Part shown: positions 11,126 to 21,702 of the stretch, piece by piece | Layout: the number at the start of each line of letters is the position of its first letter | Numbering within the stretch: the first letter of the stretch is position 1 | NCBI GenBank assembly: GCA_004764695.1 | Contig: SMSO01000014.1 | Location: 1,917,648-1,981,647 of the forward strand | Length of the DNA: 64,000 bases | Direction: 5' to 3' | Source: Schizochytrium sp. TIO01 | Taxonomy: Eukaryota > Protista > Bigyra: Labyrinthulomycetes | Notes under the pieces: generated by a model | What the model was told of the DNA's origin: nothing | Database searches by the model: none | The model's input: the letters and a program-made list of their open reading frames with translations, nothing else | Program-made: the position numbers and the translations under genes

Positions 11126-12276
11126 ACAATACAGGCCAAGAAAATGAAAGTGAAACTTAACTAAAAAGGGGGTGGGGATGATGATGATGACTCACTGTCA
11201 TCGAAACCTTTGCAAAACACTACTACTACCTAAGTACCTACTTTCTACCTTATTGTAGGTATGTATACCTATCTACCTACCCACCTGCCCAATTCGGAAG
11301 AACAGCAAACAAAGAAACAAAGAAACAAAGAAACAAAAACAAACAAACAGACAAAACAAAACAAAACAAATTCAGGCAGCGAACGGGAAATCGCTGTGAC
11401 CCGGCGCGCAAAAGGGCGACAAGGAGAGCGCTTCGCATTCGAACGAATCCTTTACCTTTTCGAACAGTTCTTCTTCTTCGCATCTGGACTCAACAAATGA
11501 ATCATCGCACACTAGAATCAATGATCATCCAAGACTTTCAAGTTCTCACCTTCGAAAGGTGGTTGGTTTCCTCCTTTGAAACTAGCGATGATAGTTTTAT
11601 GGCGATGAATCGTCTTATTTTTGCAAACGCAGAAGTGTCGCCTCGTGCAGTTGTAGCACCCCTTATTAGATAAAAACACGGCAAGGGTGATCGCGGGCTG
11701 AAAAGAAGAAAGTATCGAGGTTAAAGAAGAACACATTATTAGTATTCTAAGTATTTGTTTTTATTGCAATTAAAAGTAAAGAAAAAGGTAGTCCGGCAGC
11801 TAACAAATACATAAACAAAAAGGGCCTCGAACTTTTCTATGCAAAGTGTGTCCTTTCTTCCCAATCGGATCTAGCTTTAGAAAAGATTGATTTCTTTTAG
11901 CTCTCAGAAAGTTTTCGAAAAGAGGGATAAAAGGCGAGCCGCGATGGATGATGAAAGGAATTACGAAGGAACTGGAAGCCATATCAAAGTCCTTTGGCAC
12001 ATCTTAGGGATAAAGCAGAGTGGCCGACAGTGGGCTCTTTCATAGGTATATTTAGAAAAAAACTATCGCAGAAGAAGAAGAAGACACTGGCGTCGTCGAA
12101 CGAGCGTTCTTCAACTTGAAAAGAGCAGAAGAGATGAGCCACAAACGAATCAGCGTCGCAAATCTTTCGCAGATCAGCACTCTCAGTACCTCGCTACCTC
12201 CTTCCCAAGGGTTTTGCATTCTTCAGCATCGTTCTTCTTTCACATTGTCGCTCTTTATTTCCAAACTATAATACCT

Positions 12277-12420
12277 AAACAAACATTCTGAGAAACAAAC
12301 GTTCTGAGAAACAAACATTCTGAGAAACAAACATTCTGAGAAACAAACATTCTGAGAAACAAACATTCTGAAAAACAAACATTCTGAAAAACAAACATTC
12401 TGAGAAACAAACAAACAAAC
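12277..12420 (+). repeat. Minisatellite: 8 x 16 bp AAACAAACATTCTGAG, then (AAAC)n
   Basis: Units start at 12277, 12293 (A>G variant), 12309, 12325, 12341, 12357 and 12373 (both ending AA) and 12389. Confidence 0.97.
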
Positions 12421-12789
12421 AAGCAAGCAAATAACCAAACAAATGAATTGAATACATATAAATTGAATATATGAATTGAGTATTGAGTATATAACCATAC
12501 AAATCGAATCAATGAATCGACAATTACAGACAGACAAACACCTTTGCTAAAAATCTCAAGAACAGGCTGACGATCATTTTCGGAGTTCCTCCACCTTTGT
12601 AGCGCCTCCTAATGCTCTCTAGCGAATGTCCTACCAAGCCGTGTTTTCTTACTTTCTTCTCTACAAACTAACCAACTTGAAGTTTCCTTTCCCCAAACGA
12701 GCACCGCCTCTGTCGGAGTCAGTCGCGCGTTCTTTCCTGTTATCTTACGTCTTTCTTTTTTAACTTCTTTCATTCTGCACTTTTCTAAT

Positions 12790-12836
<47 letters not shown>

Positions 12837-14285
12837 ATCCATTGAGACGGGTGAAGAGGAGGTGCTTCGAGTTGGAAACAGGGAGTGAAATGCATCCATG
12901 CCTCCTCATTCCTCTCCGTTCTTTGCGGCGGCATATCGTGCATCCACGCGGAGGAAGGAGTCCTATCGCCGCACCCACTTCCTTCATGAGTCCTTTCCCA
13001 ACCAACCTACTACGGGCTTAACGAAGCACCGACCGGCTCACTGTTGGGTCTCTCTTTCTCTCCTTCCCTTCGACAGCTCTTGATTCGCTGATTCACTCAT
13101 TCACAGACTCATGATACAAAAAAATAAAATCGCCATATATTTGCGTTCTTTCTTTCCTTCTTTGCTGTCTGTATCCATTCTTCTGTTTGCAGTGTTCTCA
13201 ACTGCGGAAACGGTCTGTGCGCCCAAGATCCTCTCCTCCTCCTTCTTCTTCGAGGGTGTCAGACTCGGTCGGTCAAGAGTCCAAGCCGCAATGCGATGTG
13301 TATGCAGGAGGTATTTGCAATCGCTCCTGGTCCGAGTCTTCTCAAGCTCTTCGAGTTCTTCTTCTCGTTTCCACTGTCACTTGTGCTCGTTCTGACAACC
13401 ATCGTGCCATCTCAGCAATCTCTGTATACTCTCTCTCTGTACTTCTTCTTTCCCAGACATTCATACATTCATACATTCATACATACATACAAACATACAT
13501 ACATACAAACATACATACATATACATACTTGGGACGCCTCCTCCTTTTTCCCGTGTGGCGGCTCTCGGCAACGACGTGAAAACCTCAATAAGTCAATAAA
13601 TAAAAATCACAATAATAATAATAATACTAATAAATATCGGCGTCTATCAAATTGAAAGACTGACTTGAATCATTGCACAATCAGGCATGTAGCAAATCAA
13701 CGAATATAAATAGACACAAGCTGAGAGCTTTCGATTGCCTCACCTCTTCCCTCTCTTTCACCTCTTTCACCTGATAAGCATCAGATCGCAAAGATACGTA
13801 CCAATGGCCGAGCCATTTACAGATAGACAGACAGACAGAGAGACAGACACGAGTAATTTGCTATGCTAATTGAGTGGCCGTAGTACTGCTTTAGGGGAAA
13901 CAGCCAAAACTTGGTCCGCTGTGGTGTTACATACTTCATACGCACATTGAGAAAGATAGGGAGGGAGCTACGCCTAATGGCTAACTCGCTCACTTTCTTT
14001 CATACCAGTCAGTGAGCGCGTCTGTTCTCTGCTGCCTTCTTCTTAATGGGAGTTCTTGCGAGCGGAGGTCACCTTCAGAGGTGTCGAAGGACGAATGTGA
14101 TCAGTCCTAAACTGAGGATTCTGAGCAAAGTGACTATTATTCAATCAAATAAATGAATAAATAAATTAAAAAAAAATTACTTTTGTATTAACTATAACTA
14201 ACCTATGTGTTGCTTGCTTGCTTGGTTGCTTGCTTCGTCTGTTCGTTTGTTTGTTTTTGTGTGTGTGTGTTTGTTTGGTTGTTTC

Positions 14286-14332
14286 TTTGTTTCTCAGAAC
14301 GTTTGTTTCTCAGAATGTTTGTTTGTTTTAGG
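14286..14332 (-). repeat. Inverted partial copy (units 1-2 plus flank) of the 12277 minisatellite
   Basis: ctcagaacgtttgttt ctcagaatgtttgttt gttttagg is the reverse complement of the array start, including the unit-2 variant base. Confidence 0.9.
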
Positions 14333-16151
14333 CTCTGCTGTCTGAATGAAGAGACGCCGTGCTTTCTTCGGGTGAGCTGCACTCTTGGAACAGAAGGCAC
14401 ATCGCACCGGCTTGCCACCGCCAATTTTTCACGCAAGCGCATGTGTTTCCTTCTTTGTCTCAGAAAGAAACGATCGCGAGTTCCAAACTGTTGACGACTG
14501 ATGGATTGAGTGAAACAAACAAAGGACTTAATACCTGCCTACCCACTCACAAATCCTGACCTGAGTTATTTTTAACTTAATTAAAAAAACAAAAACTATG
14601 CAAAGTAATTGAAATCGAGGAACTTTCAATTCAACGCAAAACCTTCCCTTTCCTCTTTTAATTAAAATAATGAATATAATAAAAGTGTTTTGTTTTAAAG
14701 GTTTAATAGTCATGATTCTTGTAAAAACATGTTTCATTTTTAAAGTAAGAAAATATACTATTATCATGACCAAAACATCTAAGAAAAAACTATTATTATT
14801 GTTTTTTTTTTTGTTTTTTTTTTTACAGGGGAGGGGGGGGGGGGGCAAATCATGAAATGAGGGAGAGCAAGAGGAGGTTCTCTGGCTGTCTCTTTTCAAC
14901 TATCTTATTTCAATTTAATTTAATTAAAAAAGAAAGTAAAGTAAAGCCCTCGAGAAGGTTTTGTTCTCTTCGCATGTTCGATGTGAAGAGGGATGGATTC
15001 ATGGGGAGAAGGGAAACTCAGGCAGGAACGCAGCTTTGTTTGTTATTGTTTTCCTTTTCTGTCCACTTCTCGGACCCTCTCAGCCCAAGCAAAGTCGCAG
15101 TGGTCGCCGCAGATAATTCGCCATTTTTTCTTGTGTTTCAACCAAATTCATTTTGCATTTGCCGCGTGTGCTTTCTTAATTAACCCAACACTTTCTTCTC
15201 AAGACCAATAAAGTTTAAACTAAGGGACATTTGCTCATGCGATCCCATCCATCGATTGCAATTTAGTTCTTTCGAGTCCTCGAATAAGCCATCAAACATT
15301 GATGCTTTCGAAGAGTCGTGGGCGCCAAAACAACGGCGGTCGATTGCAAACGAAGATAGATTTGACGACGCCTCTTTCGTGCAGAGCCGTAGACATCGCT
15401 GCGCATGAATTATTGAAAAAGGCGCTTTCTTTCTCTCGCGTGGATTTTGTTGTTTACTGACATCGTCATCACCACCATCGTTCTCTCTCTTTACTACATA
15501 GCAATAAACAGCGAAACAAACAAACAGAGAAATATATATACACGAATATGCGAACACTTCATTCGTTCCGGTGGCTGATGATGAGGGAGGAACAAAATCC
15601 TTCTTCGAGCATTCTGAAGGAAATGGCCTCAAAGGATCGAAGAACTCGTAAGACTGAAGATGAGAGAGAGGGAGAAGGAGAGTGATCCTTGAGCCGTCGA
15701 GTTTTTTCCGCTTCGCCGCGCGGCTTTGGCGGCTTTGCTTTCGTGTTTCTTTCAATCCACTTTCACGCTACGATTACTCGCTCATTGGGGTTCGCAGCGC
15801 ATGCGTGGCCACCTCTAACTAACTGGCTACATCAAGATCTTCCCGCTCGCGTTCCTTACGCTGCGCCTAGCGAGGTCTAGGCACTCAGGATTTCATTCAT
15901 TCAAGTGACCGCATGTACTATGTGTGCGTAGTGTTCTTTTCTTTTCGGATTTGCAATACATCGATGGCTAATTCAATTCGATCTTTCGCTCATCGCTGCA
16001 TTGAAAGATCCATTCAGTGATGCATTCATTCATTTGTTGGTTTCTTTCCGCGATCGATCAACCTCGTTCATCATTCATGTTTGGCTATAGATTTGCGGGT
16101 ATATGGTATGCAATTTCCATCCATAAGCTCAGTTTCTGTCTGTATTTATTT

Positions 16152-16183
<32 letters not shown>

Positions 16184-17509
16184 TGTATGTTTGTTTGTTT
16201 GTTTGTAAACTCTTGAAGTTGGCACAGAAAACCTCTCACTTTTCATGTTGAAGAATAAGACAGCCACGCAATAGAACAGCTCCGGCGCGCGCTCTTCTTT
16301 TCCAAAGCTTTACTATCGCTTAGGTACCTTTACAAGCTTCGCAAATCCTCGAGTCGATGTTTCAAAGCTGCTTTTCGAAATGGTCTGCCGATTAACTTAA
16401 AGGCCCTTCGACGCCTAAATAAAAGCAGTATCCTCTTCTTCTTCTTTTTCTTCATCATCTTCTTTGTTGTTGTTGAAACCTGAGCGAAGAGATTGCAAGC
16501 GATGGTTTCCAATTGCGGTTTGTTTGGACTGCAGAGGGGATTACAGAGCATCATTGTGTAAGAAGCACAATCGATCTTTCCTTCTGCGAGCAACTTCGAT
16601 CCAAACTCATTCAGGGGCGGAAGACGCGCAAGGTAAAGAAAGAGAGAGAAAGCTGTCTCAGCAACCTCCCTCAAACTATCAGCGTAAAGGATCCGCGAGC
16701 GAACGAAGAAAGTAAGCGATTAAAAGCCCACGATCCGCAAACTCTCTATTTCTCTCTTTCACAGACCGATCAATTCGATTTTCCTGCGCATCTACTGACT
16801 ACTACATACACCATTTTACGAGGTTTTCCTCAAACCTGTGTATACTTTCAATTTATGCCAAGTTCTCTGGAGCTCTGTAGTTCGGTTTGCCGAGTCATTT
16901 CGAGTTCTTTCGTGGAGTCTCAAGCACGCGGCACCTCCATATCAACCGCCTACGTATGTACGGGCTTTTCCAAGGATTGCCGTCTCCAGAAAGAAATCAC
17001 GAAATCACGAAATCACGAAACTAAGAAATGGATGAAAACAGAAAGCAAAGAAAGAAAAGAAAAGAAAGGGAAAGAAAACGAAAGAACGGTACGCACTTCT
17101 ACCGCCCCCCTTAAGACTAGCGTCGAGCAGCCCATGCGAGCGGTCCACGTGTCCACCCCGGGCGCCTCCTGGGTCCGCACGAGGAGACACATATGCTCTG
17201 TCCTTCCTTTTTTTCCCCCGCTCTTTTCAGGATTCTCGAGGAGGATGATAGACAGCGCCGACCAATACATACATGTCTGTCAAGAGTAAGCCTGTAAGAT
17301 AATAAGCTCTGGGCTCGAGCCGATCATTGAGGGCCCGTATCATGATGGTCCATGGGCCGTCGTTAGGGTCGCGGAAGGATATAGATAGAAAGCTCTTTTG
17401 GTTCCAGCACGCAAATTCCCTCTGTGGTGTGCCCTTAAAAGAAAGTGAGAGAAAGAGTGAGAGAAAGAGAGTGAAAGAAAAAAAGAAAGAATGAAAGAGA
17501 AAGAGAGAG

Positions 17510-17568
<59 letters not shown>
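17510..17568. repeat. (GAAA)n microsatellite; similar tracts at 12792-12835 (reverse) and 18690-18744
   Basis: Read directly from the sequence. Confidence 0.95.
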
Positions 17569-17965
17569 GACGAGGCTATTTATTCGACGGAACACGGGCC
17601 AAAAGTGCAAGCAATTGAGGTGGGCTGCTTCTTCAGCTTCTTCTTGTTCTTGTTCTCCTCCTTCTTCTCTTTCTCTTTCTCTCTCTACTCCTCTTTCTTT
17701 CCTCTCCTCTGTTCCTTTTTCGCTTTGCTCCTCCATCAACTCTTCTTAGTTAAAATTGGTCGATATTTCCCTTTAGTGGGAAACATTTATTTTATTTCAA
17801 CAAGTGTAGTACCCACCATGATAACAAATACCAATGCTGTGCTTGCTGTTATTCCTGATACTGAAAGTGGAAGCGCAAAACCGACTTTTGAAGAGCTTCA
17901 CTTCATGCCATGAAAAACCACTTGAGAGAGACATGGACTTTTAAAATTAAAAATGAATATAAATG

Positions 17966-18025
17966 AAAGAAACAAAGAAACAAAGAAACAAAGAAACAAA
18001 GAAACAAAGAAACAAAGAAACAAAG
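17966..18025. repeat. (GAAACAAA)n octamer array; shorter arrays at about 11310-11337 and 35186-35228
   Basis: gaaacaaa repeated about 7 times. Confidence 0.93.
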
Positions 18026-18691
18026 AGACCTGGAGCTGGCCGGCCAAGGAAGAGGGAACCATCTCCGCAGACAAGGGAGACAAAACTAAAGTAGTAGTAG
18101 TAGTAAGCACGCATCAGTCAGTGGTCTAATCCTTGATTTCCTTCCTACAGGCATGCCTGCTATTAAACGAGAAGCTGCTCGTAAATAAGTGAGGCTGTCG
18201 CGCCGCGAGCAACAAACGTCTTCTTTGAGCTCTTTGAGTTGTTTGTTCTGTCTGTCTCTCTCTCTCTTTCAGGGAGGGGCCGAAAGAGAGGCGGTTGCGG
18301 AGGCACACGCGAGCTCCGAGCGGACTGCCTCAATTACAGCTGTTATGGTTCTCGATCGAACAAAGCTTTTCTACCTTTTTACTTTTTGAGGCATATTTAC
18401 TTTAATTAAATCAATAAATAATAAATAATCAATAAATAGTTAAATAAAATAAAATGAATAAGTAAACACATGAATGAATGAATGAATGAATGCATAATTG
18501 CTGATGATGTTAATGGAAAGGGAGAAAGGAATGATGCTTTACTACACTTCTGTTTTACTCTTGAAACATGGAAGGAGGCAGAGAGAGAAAACATTCTCTT
18601 TTTAAAGCAGCTGAAGACTCAGCGAGCAAGGCCATCTGCGAAAAAAGGTGCGTGCACAGGCATAAAAAATAAAGCATTTGGTAATTTCGGA

Positions 18692-18743
<52 letters not shown>

Positions 18744-20295
18744 AATGCGTTTTGGCAAACGTTTCTTTTCCTTCTCCGTCTTTTGGAATGGCGCGATGTG
18801 CAATGCGATGTCGCCCTCCCTCTTCGAAGGTCTTCCCTCTGCTCCTCCTTCTGCTGCTTACGCTGACCTCCCTCTCGTCGCCCGATCGGACCTATGCGGC
18901 GGTCCCGCAACCAACAGCTGCAAGCAAGCGAACAGGCAGTAACGAGGCACAGTTATCCCAGCATTGCCTGACGAAGGCGCTCGAGCTCGAAGAAATGTAT
19001 TCATCCTTTAACTCCTTTCTTCTTCTTCTTCTTCTTCTTCTGGTTCTGCGACATTTGTTTTTGATTAAATATGACCATCTCGTCGAGAGGAACTTCTCTC
19101 TTTAAGCTTTAAAAAAAAAAGTTTTGGTTTTAAATGCGCTTTTTTGTTTTGAATTTTAAAAGAAAGAAGGACTCAGGAATGAAGGATGGACGTTCGTTCC
19201 CATGAATGAATATGAATGACTTATTCATGGCTTGCTTGTTAGAACTGCCAGGAATAAGAAAGGAGGCGCGAAAGGGTCTTCGAATGGATGACTGACTGAT
19301 TGATTTCTCGACGAAGCCCTCAGGATGCTCGCCGGTTCTAATACCCCGTAGCAAGAGCGGAAACAGCCGAAGAATGAAACAGGTAAAATGCGACGCTCCA
19401 AGTTCACGGCTCTGAGGACACGAGAACACGGTTTGATTGCAATCCAATGCAGAACGTCGAAGCTAAGCTCCGACGGGTTTTGCGTGAACAAGGAAACCCT
19501 TGATTGCAGATGAATTAATCGATGATGGCCTGTCCGTGGTGAAGTGTAGCCATAACGCCCACCATGGTCTCATGATTGATTGACTAGTTGATTAATTATG
19601 TAGCCTGAGATTGTTATCAATCAGAACAAATCCAAACTATGACTCCTCTTTCTTCATTTAATTCTAAAAATGAAAGAAACTAAGAAGTTTGATGGTACGT
19701 TTAACTGTTAAAAAAAATAATTTAAAAAATCAAAGCATGATATGTTTACTTAGGAAAAGGAAGGGTAGAACAAACGATACCTTCTTTTGTCTTCCTCTTC
19801 CTCCTCATCACTATAAGATCTAAAATTCTTCTCTAACAGAAAGAAAGAATTCATGAGCGACGCAGGATGAGATATGAGGAAGGCACAATAAAAAAGCTCA
19901 CCTCTCGCCCTCTTATGCTAATCAATAGAGACATCTACTGGCGCTGGTAGCACGAGTGCGAGGTGCAAAGCCAATACTTTCTTCTGTGTGAGTTTGTTAT
20001 TCTTATCGCGAGTCTCGCGTAGAGAACGGTTTATTGTTAAAATGTTGAATCATTCATTACTTTATGTAAAAAATGATAAAAAAGGCGAGAGTGTCTTAAG
20101 GGTGGCAATTGGAGCTTGTTCACGATTTATTGGTTCTACGGAAAAAGAAAATGACAAAAATAAATGAAAGCAATCAGAAAGTAGAAAGAAAGCTGAGAAC
20201 GCGCGAGGAAAGCACGACTCGGGCGCCTCCGCCTTTTTAAACTGCGAGCTTTCGTGTTTTAGTGCTTTCCGTGAATGAAAACAAGCAGACAAAGA

Positions 20296-20327
<32 letters not shown>

Positions 20328-21326
20328 TTATTCCACCCTAAGTAGCAGCAGCAGCAGCAGCAGTCTTAGGCGTGTGGGACCGATCTCCTTTGCTGCAAAA
20401 CCTCCGCTCTTCAAGAGGCCTCGCGATCATTCATTGCCCATATCTTCGCCCTTCACTCGTCTTCGCAATCAATACATCGTCGCACGGTTTTCAAGTCTCG
20501 CCCTTGGAGCGAACGTTTCGTCAAACGCCTCGAAGCCTCAACGTTCCAGTGCTCCAACAGAGCCTGCTATTATCCTCTCTGCAGCAGCCTGTCCTTGCTT
20601 GGGCCTGTCTACATCAATCAATCCCGCCCCTTCAACAACTGTTGATCTATAATCAATTCCATCATCCATGTTTCGAGTTCTTGGGCGCTCGCTCACAAAA
20701 CTACGACGACGCGGGTTTCCGCGAGTTTCTCAAATGCAGCTAGAGCGCAAAGCTCGAGAGAAGAGGGAGGAGTGCTATGCTCTGGCCAACGACACAGGAG
20801 TCGAGGTTGGCGCGATTGCTCGCGCTGCGCCGATGCTCTTTCTTTCTTTCTTTCTTTCTTTTATTCGCCCTTTCTGCTGCTCGCCTCCAACTTGTTCTTC
20901 CTTCCTTCCTTCCTTTGGCTTTCATATCGATCGATTGACTGATTTCCTTTTATCTTTACCCTCCCTCCTGTAAAATGAATAACTCGAAGCGCAAAGTGAC
21001 TCGACTCAAAGACAATCAGAGGACCAGAGTGAAAAGTAGAACGAAGTAGTTTTGAGGTCCGACACAAAGAACGAAAGAACGAAAGAACGTAAGCTTGCTC
21101 GCTTGCCTTTCAAAGTTTGAATATCGCATCGCGGCGGTGATTTGAAACTCGTGGTGCAATGCTCAATTTGAATGGCGGAATCTTCAAAGCGAGGGCCTTC
21201 GCGGCGGGTTTGCAGATCCCATAACTCTGCTGTCGTGGGCAGCGGCAGTTTCGGGGAGGGCTGCTCGCTCGCTCGTGCGTCTTCGTCTCTCTGGACCACT
21301 CCGTCGGCGGCCTTTGCTGCTATTAC

Positions 21327-21360
<34 letters not shown>

Positions 21361-21662
21361 GCAGGTGGCCTTCATCCCTTTGGCCACAACAACCCTCGCG
21401 AAGATGAGATAGGATACGACAAGGTCAGATCAGAGCAGATCAGACTGTAGAGATAGGGAATCGAGCGCCGGGTTTCCAGAGTTGCTCGCCGCCTTCCTCA
21501 AGTTCTTCGAGCACGTCAATCAAGTCAGTCCTCGCTGGCCGCCTCGAATGCGAAGACAGATAGCTGTGGCTAGCTAGCTAGCTATTTGTCTCTCTTCTCA
21601 GGTTTGACTCGGGCGTACGAAAGGCAGGCAGTCAGTCAGACGCCTCAAGATGTAAGGCCATC

Positions 21663-21702
21663 TTCGAAACCATGATTGCACGTTCGAAACCATGATTGCA
21701 CG
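21663..21702 (+). repeat. Perfect 20-bp tandem duplication TTCGAAACCATGATTGCACG x2
   Basis: Read directly from the sequence. Confidence 0.95.

Noticed and set aside
12277-12404. Tandem array considered as a CRISPR array
   Set aside because: Units are head-to-tail with no unique spacers, there are no cas genes, and the context is eukaryotic.
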